A stretch of 64,000 bases of DNA from assembly GCA_963676655.2 (NCBI GenBank), contig CAXXKX010000005.1, positions 171,955-235,954 on the forward strand, in the 5' to 3' direction. The DNA comes from Victivallales bacterium (GTDB taxonomy: Bacteria; Verrucomicrobiota; Lentisphaeria; Victivallales; Victivallaceae). Position numbers and translations under genes: made by a program. Shown here one piece after another: positions 40,141-49,071 of this stretch; positions within the stretch are counted from its first letter, which is position 1; every line of letters begins with the position of its first letter. A model generated the notes under the pieces. The model made no database searches. It was not told where the DNA came from and saw only the letters and a program-made list of their open reading frames with translations.

Positions 40141-40491
40141 TTATAAATTCTCTTTGTTAATTATCGGCCCGATAGTATCGGCCCACGGATCAGAATTATC
40201 ATAGTCCTTACTTTGACCGCCGTTCCACGGCCTCATCCCTGGGTAGTTTTTCGGTTGAATGCCGGTCCCGCCATACCAGTTTTTATTTTTGTGGGAGCCG
40301 GGTTCCGAACGGCGAATAATTCGACTTTTCGGCCGCAATTCCGCGAGACGCTGATCCAGCGCGGCCAGAACCTCTGTCCGAGGGATGCGACGGTCCTTTT
40401 CCAACGCATAATACCGTGCGCATTCGATCCCCGACATGTTTTTGATTTTTGCAATCAATTCAGCTTTTTTCTCTGGCATTTTATACTCCAA
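40141..40491 (-). CDS. Hypothetical early protein carrying an in-frame GC-hairpin repeat
   Basis: 116 aa. Residues IRRSEPGSH are encoded by repeat copy 40291-40316. Confidence 0.45.
   Translation of the reverse strand: MEYKMPEKKAELIAKIKNMSGIECARYYALEKDRRIPRTEVLAALDQRLAELRPKSRIIRRSEPGSHKNKNWYGGTGIQPKNYPGMRPWNGGQSKDYDNSDPWADTIGPIINKENL
40291..40316 (-). repeat. GC hairpin element type a
   Basis: Plus strand GTGGGAGCCGGGTTCCGAACGGCGAA, inside ORF 40141..40491. Confidence 0.75.
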
Positions 40492-40897
40492 TCTCCCCGC
40501 CGACCACGTTTTTGCCGTTTATTTCAAAAGAACCATTAGTTTTATATACCCATCCAATAGACTCAAGAGGAACCTCAATATGCTCCCCTCCGTATAAAAC
40601 GACATATTTGCCATGCCGAATATTTTTCACAAAAACTGTTACGAGTTCTTTAGGCATGAGCGGGTGGTTGAGATAACAGATAATTTTATCTCCGACTTCG
40701 ATCTCCGGATTTTTTTCCTTTCCTTTTTCGCGTTCCAGCTTCCGGCGCCTGACCTCAATTGCTTTCAGTACGGTTTTTCGTGAAAAACCGTTGTTTTCGA
40801 TTTCTTCAGCCTGGTCCAGTTCTTCTTTTGACATCTCGCGGATCACGCTGATCGCGTCAACCGTACTGCTGTGCATCCATTTCATTCTTTCAACCAT
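40481..40897 (-). CDS. Hypothetical early protein
   Basis: 138 aa, AT-richer codon usage, 11-nt overlap with the downstream ORF. Confidence 0.5.
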   Translation of the reverse strand: MVERMKWMHSSTVDAISVIREMSKEELDQAEEIENNGFSRKTVLKAIEVRRRKLEREKGKEKNPEIEVGDKIICYLNHPLMPKELVTVFVKNIRHGKYVVLYGGEHIEVPLESIGWVYKTNGSFEINGKNVVGGEIGV

Positions 40898-40900
40898 TAT

Positions 40901-41131
40901 TTACCTCCTGTTATGAATTAACTTTTCTATCAAAATGATAGCTTTTTCACCATATTTTTTTTGAATATGTTCTTTGAGAGAAACATTGTCAGCAACCTTC
41001 TGCCATGAATCAAACTTAACAATGTCAAAACCTGTATAGAAGTCCCAAAAGTTAAGAAGTCTAAGCCCGAAAAGACGTTGAAATTCAATGCAGTTTGATA
41101 AGTAACATTCTTTTACTTCATTAAGAATCAT
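40901..41131 (-). CDS. Hypothetical small protein
   Basis: 76 aa. ATGA overlap with the recombinase stop. Confidence 0.45.
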   Translation of the reverse strand: MILNEVKECYLSNCIEFQRLFGLRLLNFWDFYTGFDIVKFDSWQKVADNVSLKEHIQKKYGEKAIILIEKLIHNRR

Positions 41132-41724
41132 TGCATTTCCTTTACGAAGCTCGATACCGTTAGGCGATGCACTTTTAGGACTTTAGCGATTTTGGAAAAC
41201 GATATTCCTGCATCAAGCATTTCTTTTATTTTTTTCTCTTTGCCGGTCAATTTTCTCTTTGACGATTTACTACCTTTAGGACGGCCCAAAATAACCCCTT
41301 CGGCTTTTTTTCTTGCAAGGGCTTCTTTGGTTCTTTGCGATATTAGATTTCTTTCGATTTCAGCGGCGAGTCCAAAAGCAAATGCCAGAACTTTTGAACT
41401 GATATCATCGCCCAGGCGAAAATTATCTTTGATTGTCCAAATTTGAATTTCTTTCCGCATGCAGCGATTTAATAATGACATTATCATCAAAAGGTTTCTG
41501 CCAAGACGCGAAAGTTCTGTACATATCAGAATGTCATCTTTTTTCATTCGATTGATAAACTTTCCAAGTTCGCGTTTATCTACTTCTTTTGTGCCGGAAA
41601 TAGTTTCTTCTATCCAACGGTCGACAATCAGGCCTTTTCGTTCGCAGAATTCATTAATTTCAAATCTTTGATTCTCAACCGTCTGCTTATCGGTACTGAC
41701 TCTGATATATCCGTAAATCATCAT
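41128..41724 (-). CDS. Serine recombinase (resolvase/invertase family)
   Basis: 198 aa. Catalytic-Ser motif YGYIRVSTDKQ and SRLGRN. C-terminal HTH ISFSKIAKVLKVHRLTVSSF. Confidence 0.9.
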   Translation of the reverse strand: MMIYGYIRVSTDKQTVENQRFEINEFCERKGLIVDRWIEETISGTKEVDKRELGKFINRMKKDDILICTELSRLGRNLLMIMSLLNRCMRKEIQIWTIKDNFRLGDDISSKVLAFAFGLAAEIERNLISQRTKEALARKKAEGVILGRPKGSKSSKRKLTGKEKKIKEMLDAGISFSKIAKVLKVHRLTVSSFVKEMQ

Positions 41725-41882
41725 TTACCTCCAGGGAGTCTGATCCCGATTATCTGTTGCCTTGGAGCTCTTTTTTTGCGCTTCTGAATGGCCTCTTTTT
41801 CAGTCTCGGCCATAACTTCAGTTTCAAAAAGATCAAAGCCATTCTTGCGTTTAATCATTGACTGAACATAGAATTTTTTCAT
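41721..41882 (-). CDS. Small ORF (53 aa) translationally coupled to the recombinase
   Basis: MKKFYVQSMIKRKNGFDLFETEVMAETEKEAIQKRKKRAPRQQIIGIRLPGGK. Stop overlaps the recombinase ATG (ATGA). AGGA lies upstream of its ATG. Below the track size cutoff. Confidence 0.4.
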   Translation of the reverse strand: MKKFYVQSMIKRKNGFDLFETEVMAETEKEAIQKRKKRAPRQQIIGIRLPGGK

Positions 41883-41910
41883 TTCTAATTCCTAATTTCT
41901 AATTACTAAT
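41883..41910. repeat. Heptamer tandem array (TNCTAAT x4)
   Basis: TTCTAAT TCCTAAT TTCTAAT TACTAAT fills the gap between the GemA stop and the next ATG. Confidence 0.8.
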
Positions 41911-42602
41911 TAAAAGGGCGCCGCTTCCAGCTTCCGTTCGCATTGAATAATGCGCTGTTTCAGCGCTTCAATGGCTTTCAGGGCGTCGCTGCTGGTCATA
42001 TCGTGAAGCGGCTTAAACTCGGCATATCGACACGCGTGAGCGCAAATGCCGAGCAGATATTCATCGTTGCGATGTTCCGGGGAAAGCAGCTGTTCCAGTT
42101 CGGCCCATTTTTGCTTTATTTCCCAGATTTCGCGACTGTTCGCCTTGCCGCGCTTCGGACGTTTATTCCGCCAGTAGTGCGGATCAATCCCCGCTGGAAG
42201 CGAAGTACCGCCGTCCGTCGTACGGACTTCAATTGCTGCCATTGCGATATCGAAATGTATCTGGGTTAGTTTGCCTGATTCGACGTCTGAGTACCCGGTA
42301 GCTTTATACAGCAGCTGCGCGGCGTCCAGGTCCGACATCTTACAGTATCCGACATACTTTTTCCAGGTCCGAATCTGCTTCGGCTGCCAGCCCTTTTTTC
42401 GACGTCCGTTTTCGTTAGTGTCCGTCCGTGCTTGTCCGTGTTCCCGGAGTGCGTTGAGCACATCCACCACCTGGTTTGATTCCAGGTCTTTACAGGACGT
42501 CACCCAGGCAACCTGAAACAGAATTTGCCGGTACTGCTCATCGGCAATACCGGCATCTTTCTGCGCCATCTTGATGGCGATTATTTGTTTCCGGGAAATC
42601 AT
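41910..42602 (-). CDS. GemA-like regulatory protein (DUF1018, Mu gp16 family)
   Basis: 230 aa. The N-terminal RKQIIAIKMAQKDAGIADEQYRQILFQVAWVTSCKDLESNQVVDVLNAL pattern recurs in the C-terminal half. Confidence 0.6.
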   Translation of the reverse strand: MISRKQIIAIKMAQKDAGIADEQYRQILFQVAWVTSCKDLESNQVVDVLNALREHGQARTDTNENGRRKKGWQPKQIRTWKKYVGYCKMSDLDAAQLLYKATGYSDVESGKLTQIHFDIAMAAIEVRTTDGGTSLPAGIDPHYWRNKRPKRGKANSREIWEIKQKWAELEQLLSPEHRNDEYLLGICAHACRYAEFKPLHDMTSSDALKAIEALKQRIIQCERKLEAAPF

Positions 42603-43096
42603 CCTGAAGCCTCGTTTAAACGCTCATGCGCCTGCTCGTATTCCGAGCCAAGAATCTCAATGAAGTGCTCTGGTCGCTTGAACTCCAGATCATTATCAAT
42701 GTCAAAATACGCGGTATCACCTACAGTAAAACAAGCAGGACAAGTAATCATGGATGCCAGCCCTCCTGGCGGCTTCGGCCCGAATTGCATTTGAAATCCA
42801 ATCGTATCAGCAATCAAGTCAATTCTGAGAATTTTCGGCAAAGTTTTAATTTTTTCCGTTGCGGTTTTATTCTTAACTTTGGGCATGGTGATTCCCTGCC
42901 GGTCTGGCTTCCGCCAGTTTTCCGGGATATCTCCGACAAAGGAAAATCCCGCCAGACGGCCTCCGGTATAAAACCATGCTTTTTCGGCTCCGAATTCTTT
43001 TGCTAACTCAAAAGCGCGCCTTCTGTAATTAGTTTTGCTTTCAAGTACCTCGTTCATTACCCGGATTACTTCCGAATCTGTCGTTTTGTAATACAT
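42599..43096 (-). CDS. Hypothetical early protein
   Basis: Start MYYKTTDSEV at ATG 43096 after AGGAGGAAAAAAG. The track ORF start 43165 overlaps the upstream gene. Confidence 0.5.
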   Translation of the reverse strand: MYYKTTDSEVIRVMNEVLESKTNYRRRAFELAKEFGAEKAWFYTGGRLAGFSFVGDIPENWRKPDRQGITMPKVKNKTATEKIKTLPKILRIDLIADTIGFQMQFGPKPPGGLASMITCPACFTVGDTAYFDIDNDLEFKRPEHFIEILGSEYEQAHERLNEASG

Positions 43097-43119
43097 CTTT
43101 TTTCCTCCTGATTTTGGTT

Positions 43120-44139
43120 TTATTCTTCGAGTGCCTTTGTTTGGAGACCGACGCACCTGCTGCAAAGATTGGGCTCAACCCAACTGCAACCGTCCGGACA
43201 GGCGTTAAGGTCGGTACAACCGCAAACCCGGCAAACCCACTCGGAACTCAACGCGCCCAACTGTTCAAGCAGGGTTGTTTTACGCTGGTCATACTCTTCG
43301 TATTGCTCATCGAATTCGGCGTCGAGAATCTGTAATTTCTCGAAGATAGTGCGCTGCTCCTCGTTGAAGTTTTCTTCTGTAACCACGCAGAGACCTTTGA
43401 ACCGTAAACTTTCCTCATCTATTTCGCAATCGCCTTCATGCTCGTTTACTTCCAGCAGCTCGCAAACGCTTTGCAGCGCCATGAACGCGACCTCGCTCAT
43501 TTTCAGCTCCATCGGCCGGAACGCGACCGTATGAACCCTTTTCTCGTCCACGCTGCTGTCGATGATCCCGTTTTCCAGGATAAGGCGTAACACGTCCTCC
43601 TGGCTCGGCTCCAGTAACTCCAAGGGGCCGGAATCGCTTTCCTGCTCCTCCTCATCGATCAGCGGCGTTGGCTTCGGTTTGATAAAGAACGCCGTGCGGT
43701 ATGCCGGATCAGCGTGGATTCCGTTCAGGTCGGTACCGAGGTATTCGGCTTCGGCCAGTCCGGGCCAGATGCCGGTCCAGCGTGCGAATTTCTTATCATG
43801 GTCCTCGCAGTCACAGGAAAGACGCTGACCGCCGCAAACGCTGCACTGTTCGATATCGCAGCCGTCCTCATGCTCGAATCCCGGTTCGATTCCGCAATCC
43901 GGACAAAGCCCGATTTCTTTCTTTTTTTCCTTTTTCCCGTCCAGGTATTCAAGTTCCTTCCAACGCTTTTCGATTTGAGCCTTGCGTGAAGCATATTCTT
44001 CTTGAACTTTCTCTGTATCATCCAGATTTGAATAATCTTTTAGCTCATTGTCGTACCATGCCTCAAGCTCTTTCAACTCCACCAGCAGCTCCCGCCGCTC
44101 GTTCATATCATCGTTTATCTTGCTCATAATTGAACTCAT
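43120..44139 (-). CDS. Cys-rich (two zinc-module) acidic early protein, hypothetical
   Basis: 339 aa. [30 protein letters not shown] and C-terminal [27 protein letters not shown]. Confidence 0.55.
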   Translation of the reverse strand: MSSIMSKINDDMNERRELLVELKELEAWYDNELKDYSNLDDTEKVQEEYASRKAQIEKRWKELEYLDGKKEKKKEIGLCPDCGIEPGFEHEDGCDIEQCSVCGGQRLSCDCEDHDKKFARWTGIWPGLAEAEYLGTDLNGIHADPAYRTAFFIKPKPTPLIDEEEQESDSGPLELLEPSQEDVLRLILENGIIDSSVDEKRVHTVAFRPMELKMSEVAFMALQSVCELLEVNEHEGDCEIDEESLRFKGLCVVTEENFNEEQRTIFEKLQILDAEFDEQYEEYDQRKTTLLEQLGALSSEWVCRVCGCTDLNACPDGCSWVEPNLCSRCVGLQTKALEE

Positions 44140-44167
44140 TTCTTTTTACTTTCTTTGGTAGTTTATT

Positions 44168-44225
44168 GTGGGAGCCGGGCTCCGACCGGCGAAAAGGCCG
44201 GACGAGACGTCCGCGCTCCCAGGGG
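44168..44225 (-). repeat. GC hairpin elements, types a + b composite (intergenic B / 339-aa gene)
   Basis: GTGGGAGCCGGGCTCCGACCGGCGAA aa GGCCGGACGAGACGTCCGCGCTCCCAGGGG. Confidence 0.8.
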
Positions 44226-44255
44226 TGAAGTTGGCGCTCGGCGCGCCATGTGGAA

Positions 44256-45290
44256 TTATTTTTCGGGCCAGATACCGCCTGAGTTTCGCCAGTCAACCGC
44301 GACTCGCAATGCTTTGGCGTCAAGCTCTTGGCCTTTTTGGCGAGCCCAGTCTGACGCACGTTCTAAATCTTCAAACAACGTACGCAATTTACCCTCGTCG
44401 GAATTTGCAATATTATATGCATAATCGACTAATTTCTGAGGAGGGCTCGGGCGGAATGATGAGACAGCGGCGATTATTTCGTCCATCAATACTTTATCAG
44501 GGATCTTAACCGTAAATTTATTTCTACCGCAAAACTGCTCAAAGAATTTTTTAAGCTGACCGTGAGTAATCATTTCAAGATAAACATCGGTAAAAATAAA
44601 GACAACTGAACATTTATCGATATCATAAAAATCGCGCATTAATTCGATTGGAATCCCTCCTCGCCCATCTTTCGGAATTAGGAATCCCGCCTCATCTGCA
44701 ATTATTACGTTCCGGTGATCCAGCGCGTCATGCAACTTCATTTCAAGCTCTGGAGCCGGGCGGTGATGTATCCCTATTCCACACGCCTTGCATAGGTACT
44801 GGGCCAATGTCTTTCGAGTACAACTTGATGGGACTCTCAAGAACTTTGCCCGGCCATGGTTGTTAGCTTTAGCCCAAGCTTCTGCTGTTGTTGTCTTACT
44901 GCGCCCGGTGGGGCCGACAATAAAAACCAAAGAATGAAAATCCCTGGCATAATTCAACGCTTCGACAATTTTTTCTGTTACAACCGTCCGGACAATTCCC
45001 GCCCCGCGAAGCTCATCTTTCCGTATCCGTATTATGGCCTGAATTAGCGGTGAAATTTCAGGCTCGGTTGCCCGGCCGGTCATTGCCAGCCTTACTTCTT
45101 CGTAACTCAAGCCAGTCGCTTTTTCAATTTTTCTTTGAGAGGCACCCAAACTGTTATGGATATACCCCCAGAACCACTCTAGATGCTCTTGAGCGGTTTC
45201 GGTGTAGTTCTGAATGCCTACTTTGAGCTGATTCAACCCGAAAGACAGATTATCCTGCCTAACGCCGTTTATTCCTTCTGTTTTACTCAT
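44256..45290 (-). CDS. AAA+ ATPase, MuB/TniB-like transposition protein
   Basis: 344 aa. Walker A GPTGRSKTT and Walker B VIIADEAGF. 8-nt overlap with the transposase stop. Confidence 0.75.
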   Translation of the reverse strand: MSKTEGINGVRQDNLSFGLNQLKVGIQNYTETAQEHLEWFWGYIHNSLGASQRKIEKATGLSYEEVRLAMTGRATEPEISPLIQAIIRIRKDELRGAGIVRTVVTEKIVEALNYARDFHSLVFIVGPTGRSKTTTAEAWAKANNHGRAKFLRVPSSCTRKTLAQYLCKACGIGIHHRPAPELEMKLHDALDHRNVIIADEAGFLIPKDGRGGIPIELMRDFYDIDKCSVVFIFTDVYLEMITHGQLKKFFEQFCGRNKFTVKIPDKVLMDEIIAAVSSFRPSPPQKLVDYAYNIANSDEGKLRTLFEDLERASDWARQKGQELDAKALRVAVDWRNSGGIWPEK

Positions 45291-47295
45291 AATCGTTGAA
45301 CCTCCTGTTGATCATGAATTTGTTGAAGTCTTCTATATCTTCGGTCGAAGAGTCCGGAACGTCCGAAATCTTCCCCGTAACGATTTCATTCATCTCCGCC
45401 AGTTCGGCGTCGCGTTTATCTTCGCGAAATTCGATTCGCCGGTCCAGGGCGGAAGCCGCATCTTCTCCGGGAACGCCGGTCGCCAGTCCGGCATTGCATT
45501 TCCCTGGCAGCGCTTTGTAATGATTGAATTCATGGCTCGCGCCCTTGACGCTCCTGGAACTTCCGACCTTGACGATGTCGAAATCTTCCGGCAGTTGCAG
45601 CAGCTCTTGAACGCTTAAAAGATGTAAACCACCAGTTAACTCGTCAAGTATCGTATACCCGGCTTTAAGCTGGCCGCGATGTTCTTTCATCTGCTCGCTG
45701 ATCCGCTGCCGGTCCTCGTCGCTTTTCGCCAGGGCTTTGCATTTTTCCCGCGTTTCGCATTTTCCGATCGGCTGGCCATCCGGGGTGAAAACAAACACAT
45801 GCTCATCGGTCAGCATGGAAGTTTTAATCATTACTTTTTCGCCAAAATGATTAAGCAGGCAATTGCCGTAATAGTAGGTTTTATCGACGCTGACGCAGAA
45901 GCCGCGCCCGACCGTCCTGAGACTCGCTAACGGCATCAGGAACGCCGCGAACAGCTCTTCAACGGTCAATGGCGCCGCGTGGTAGCGTTCGCCGTGGTCG
46001 AACGCCGTCCGGGGCGTCTGGCCGCCGACAATCTCGCCGTTATTCTGCTGATCGTGATACAGTTCGATCCATTTGCTGAAAGCCTGGCAGAACTGCTCCA
46101 GCGTCGGCAGATGTTCAGGATGCTTGCGGAAGTGCTCGGCCGCGTCCGGCCGCGCTCCCGGCGTGTTCCCCAGGTAAGCGGCAAAATACTTGTCAAATTT
46201 ATCCGCGTGTTCTTTGAAGCCGCGTTCGACCGTTTTGGCGCGGCCATTGTAAGGCAGCGAAGTAATTACTTTAATTCCCAGGCTTTTCAGGATCGAATGT
46301 TCATGCCCGTCGAATTCAACCGGCTCGGAAAACCCCTGTGCCTTGAAGTCTTTGCCGTTGTCGTTATACAGATAACCGGGACGCCCGTGCCGGGCGATTC
46401 CCCAGGCCAGGCCGTTCCGGATCGTCGCGTTGTTCGGACTTTCGGCCTGAATCTGCCAGCTGGTATAATACCAGCTTTTCGCGTCCATAAAAGCGCAGAG
46501 CCAGGGACGCGTCGCTTTCCACTCGCCGTTCTCATCCAGCACCTTGATGTAGCAGTCGAATACCCGGTGGTCGCTGATCCAGATTTCATTTGCCCGGACC
46601 CCGCTCCAGTCGCGGTGGATATATCCGACGATATGATTTTTGACGTATTCCTCGCCGTGCCTTGCCAGCGCGACCGCGATCGGCGACAGCTGCTTTACCC
46701 GGTATCGGGTCTGACCGATTGACGGCACTTCCGCGAACGGGTTCTGATCCCTCATCCGGCATGATGCCAGGCGGTAACACTCCTCGACTGACAGCTTGTT
46801 CTGATTCAGATAAAACGCGTTGAAAAATGTCCAGAATTCGGCGTCGCCTCTCGCTGCCTGGACGCCGGTATTGTAATTGTCGACCAGTACATTCCGGTTG
46901 TCCCAATTGTATTCCCTGCCGATTTTACCGAGTTTCCGGAGCCACGCCCGGCAATTATTGTAAGTCAACTGTGACCGGCCGTTCTGGCCGCCGTTTTTCA
47001 GTTTTGGGAACGACCGGATATTCAGCCTGGCAACTTCTTCGCAGCACTTTTCCATTTTCCAGCCGGTCGTCGCTTTTTTCTCAACACAAAGTTTGCAGAA
47101 AAGCCAGCGCTCATCACGCTTCAAACGCTGATCGACGGTCAATTCGTTTGACTCTTTTATCGACCGCGCGATCGCTCCGCTGCTCACTTTCATAATGTGG
47201 GAGCCGGGCTCCGAACGGCGAATCGTTACCGGCGCCAATACCTCCGCCCCGCCGGTTCCGGTTAGTAAATTCTCTTTTAGTGCTGCCAGTCCCAT
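45283..47295 (-). CDS. DDE transposase, Mu A-like (integrase-core fold)
   Basis: 670 aa. Candidate D-D-E in WISDHRVFD, LYNDNGKDF, AKTVERGF. Alternative start ATG 47193 (MKVSSG) lies just after repeat copy 47197-47222, which is otherwise translated as IRRSEPGSH. Confidence 0.8.
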   Translation of the reverse strand: MGLAALKENLLTGTGGAEVLAPVTIRRSEPGSHIMKVSSGAIARSIKESNELTVDQRLKRDERWLFCKLCVEKKATTGWKMEKCCEEVARLNIRSFPKLKNGGQNGRSQLTYNNCRAWLRKLGKIGREYNWDNRNVLVDNYNTGVQAARGDAEFWTFFNAFYLNQNKLSVEECYRLASCRMRDQNPFAEVPSIGQTRYRVKQLSPIAVALARHGEEYVKNHIVGYIHRDWSGVRANEIWISDHRVFDCYIKVLDENGEWKATRPWLCAFMDAKSWYYTSWQIQAESPNNATIRNGLAWGIARHGRPGYLYNDNGKDFKAQGFSEPVEFDGHEHSILKSLGIKVITSLPYNGRAKTVERGFKEHADKFDKYFAAYLGNTPGARPDAAEHFRKHPEHLPTLEQFCQAFSKWIELYHDQQNNGEIVGGQTPRTAFDHGERYHAAPLTVEELFAAFLMPLASLRTVGRGFCVSVDKTYYYGNCLLNHFGEKVMIKTSMLTDEHVFVFTPDGQPIGKCETREKCKALAKSDEDRQRISEQMKEHRGQLKAGYTILDELTGGLHLLSVQELLQLPEDFDIVKVGSSRSVKGASHEFNHYKALPGKCNAGLATGVPGEDAASALDRRIEFREDKRDAELAEMNEIVTGKISDVPDSSTEDIEDFNKFMINRRFNDYE
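47197..47222 (-). repeat. GC hairpin element type a
   Basis: GTGGGAGCCGGGCTCCGAACGGCGAA, within the first 35 codons (or 5' UTR) of the transposase gene. Confidence 0.8.
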
Positions 47296-47304
47296 CTCAA
47301 TAAT

Positions 47305-47332
47305 TCCTAATTTCTAATTCCTAATTTCTAAT
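47305..47332. repeat. Heptamer tandem array (TCCTAAT/TTCTAAT x4)
   Basis: Fills the gap between 47340..48113 and the transposase ATG 47295. Same orientation as 41883-41910. Confidence 0.8.
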
Positions 47333-47339
47333 TCCGGCT

Positions 47340-48113
47340 TTAGCCGCTCATCGCCGCCTTGGTCAAACTTTCCCGCAGCAGTGCGAGCCGTTGTTGTTCT
47401 TTGATTAATTCCCCTTCGATCATCGTGATTACTTTCAGATCAGGAATAGCCCGGTCGCTCCAGTAGTTAATGCTTGCTTCCAGCAGCCCGACGCCGCTGA
47501 TCGCAAACTTTCGGGCGCTGACCTCGTCGAATGAATCCCCGGCCGCCACTGCCGCCGGATCGCATCCGATAATCGTATCGAGCGCGCCGAAGAGGTCCGG
47601 TTGATACATATCTTCTTTCCCCCCGCTTTTGCTTACCCGGCCAAGGGCCAGCGCGACCGCGTCCCGGACCTGCTCCCGGGTCATTTTCTCAACCGGGTTG
47701 ACTTCGACAAACTTCTCCAGGCAATCTATCCCGGAGCCGTTCGACTCATAATCCAGCTGCGTCAACGGCAGCAGATTATTGAAGCTGACCCGGAACAGTC
47801 GTTTATACAGCGCCTCGTTTTCCTGGATCGCCAGCAGCATATCGCCGACTTTACGCAGCTGGTGGATATAGCAGTCGTCAAATTTGAACGTTTCCCGCGC
47901 CCAGGTCAGCCACTCCCCGGCGTTATCATTAAAGTCGTCCCGCCGCGCGGCCGAAAGCAAAACGGCGGAAACTGAAGGAGCCAAGCGTTGATATTCGGTT
48001 AGTTCAAGTAGGGCTTGTGTTTTAGCATCAACGCCTTGCGGTATCTTTCCTACTATTACCGCATGAATTATTTGCTCTATGTTCATCTTTTCCTTTCTGA
48101 CTGTGGCAGCCAC
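47340..48113 (-). CDS. Hypothetical early protein (possibly DUF3102-like)
   Basis: 257 aa. ..GEWLTWARETFKFDDCYIHQLRKVGDMLL.. weakly recalls DUF3102. The start could be MNIEQII at 48086. Confidence 0.45.
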   Translation of the reverse strand: MAATVRKEKMNIEQIIHAVIVGKIPQGVDAKTQALLELTEYQRLAPSVSAVLLSAARRDDFNDNAGEWLTWARETFKFDDCYIHQLRKVGDMLLAIQENEALYKRLFRVSFNNLLPLTQLDYESNGSGIDCLEKFVEVNPVEKMTREQVRDAVALALGRVSKSGGKEDMYQPDLFGALDTIIGCDPAAVAAGDSFDEVSARKFAISGVGLLEASINYWSDRAIPDLKVITMIEGELIKEQQRLALLRESLTKAAMSG

Positions 48114-48153
48114 ACTTTGTACTTATTTGCGAAAACCGTTTGTTAAATCCGGG

Positions 48154-48666
48154 TTATTTTTTACTGCCCTGCTTCTTGGCTTGATCAATCAAGCTGCTGT
48201 CGACGCTGTAAAAACTTGAAGTGCCGCTATCGATTTCAACACCAGGAATACTCAAACCGTTTTTAACCGCCTCGCGTAAAGGTATCTTCATTACTGATTG
48301 TTCTGTTTTGATAAACTCAAACATTTCGTTGTCGACCAGGTATTGCAGAAGCTCTTTTTCGTTTTTAATTTCCAGGTTGGAGACATCCCGCATCCCATAT
48401 TTACCGAATGGAGTTACCCGTGATCGTGGCTTCTCAAATTCGTCCGGGTGCGCCAGGACATAGGCGTTAAGTTTTGCGGCACGATCAGCAATAATACTCC
48501 CAAGATTATCCTTATGGGCTGTCGCTAAGCCTTTATAGCGATTTATCTCTCTTTTGCATATTGCCAGCTTCAGGGTTAGTTCAACCTCTAAGTTGGCTAT
48601 TTCCTCCAGCAGCTGATCCGCCTGTTTCTGACTCATCTTCCTGGTGTCAGACATTCTCGTTACCAT
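48154..48666 (-). CDS. Mu Gam-like host-nuclease inhibitor
   Basis: N-terminal coiled coil (QADQLLEEIANLEVELTLKLAICKREINRYK). C-terminal ..KPRSRVTPFGKYGMRDVSNLEIKNEKELLQYL..FIKTEQSV is Gam-family-like. ATG 48666 follows AAAGGA. The track start 48711 lies inside the leader repeat. Confidence 0.55.
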   Translation of the reverse strand: MVTRMSDTRKMSQKQADQLLEEIANLEVELTLKLAICKREINRYKGLATAHKDNLGSIIADRAAKLNAYVLAHPDEFEKPRSRVTPFGKYGMRDVSNLEIKNEKELLQYLVDNEMFEFIKTEQSVMKIPLREAVKNGLSIPGVEIDSGTSSFYSVDSSLIDQAKKQGSKK

Positions 48667-48687
48667 TTCGTTATCCTTTCTTTTTTC

Positions 48688-48758
48688 AGTCACGAATTTC
48701 ACTAATTTCACTAATTTTTTTTAAAAACCTATTCGTGTTATTCGTGCGATTTGTGGCT
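48688..48758 (-). repeat. Triple-heptad leader element, full hairpin copy A (upstream of gam-like gene)
   Basis: Plus strand: agtCACGAATttCACTAATttCACTAAT - loop - ATTCGTGttATTCGTGcgATTTGTGGCT. 21 nt to ATG 48666. Confidence 0.8.
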
Positions 48759-48768
48759 AACTTTTTTT

Positions 48769-48873
48769 GTATTCATGCCTATCGCCGTTCGTCGTACGGA
48801 CCGGCATCCTTTGTATTCATGCCTATCGCCGTTCGTCGTACGGACCGGCATCCTTTGTATTCGGGGCAGCAGC
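48769..48873. repeat. 44-bp tandem repeat, about 2.3 copies
   Basis: Unit GTATTCATGCCTATCGCCGTTCGTCGTACGGACCGGCATCCTTT at 48769-48812 and 48813-48856, with a partial third copy. Internal stems ATGCC/GGCAT and CCGT/ACGG. Confidence 0.85.
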
Positions 48874-48973
48874 TGGCGCAATAGCCGGGCATGCCGTTGC
48901 ATTCCATTTCCGCGCGACATTTACGCGTTCTGTTCCGCCTGATCCACCGCTGATAATTGTTTAATCTTTCCAT
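48779..48973 (-). CDS. Small Cys-rich ORF running into a 44-bp tandem repeat (true 3' end uncertain)
   Basis: MERLNNYQRWIRRNRTRKCRAEMECNGMPGYCASCCPEYK... ATG 48973 is preceded by AAGGAG and by a leader-element half copy. Confidence 0.3.
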   Translation of the reverse strand: MERLNNYQRWIRRNRTRKCRAEMECNGMPGYCASCCPEYKGCRSVRRTAIGMNTKDAGPYDERR

Positions 48974-48987
48974 TACGCTCCTTTTTT

Positions 48988-49047
48988 AGCCACGACAATG
49001 AAATGAGCGCGAGCACCGCGCAGGGCAATCGCACGAATCGCACTAAT
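48988..49047 (-). repeat. Leader element, interrupted half copy F
   Basis: AGCCACGAC ... GGGCAATcgCACGAATcgCACTAAT, with a GCGCG-agcac-CGCGC hairpin inserted. 14 nt to ATG 48973. Confidence 0.55.
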
Positions 49048-49071
49048 TATTTTTTTTTACGCTCACCACCC

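Noticed and set aside
44108-44359. 83-aa minus-strand ORF containing WERGRLVRPFRRSEPGSH
   Set aside because: Its 3' half is the a+b GC-hairpin composite, and its 5' half overlaps the B-gene C-terminus out of frame. It is a repeat-derived artefact.
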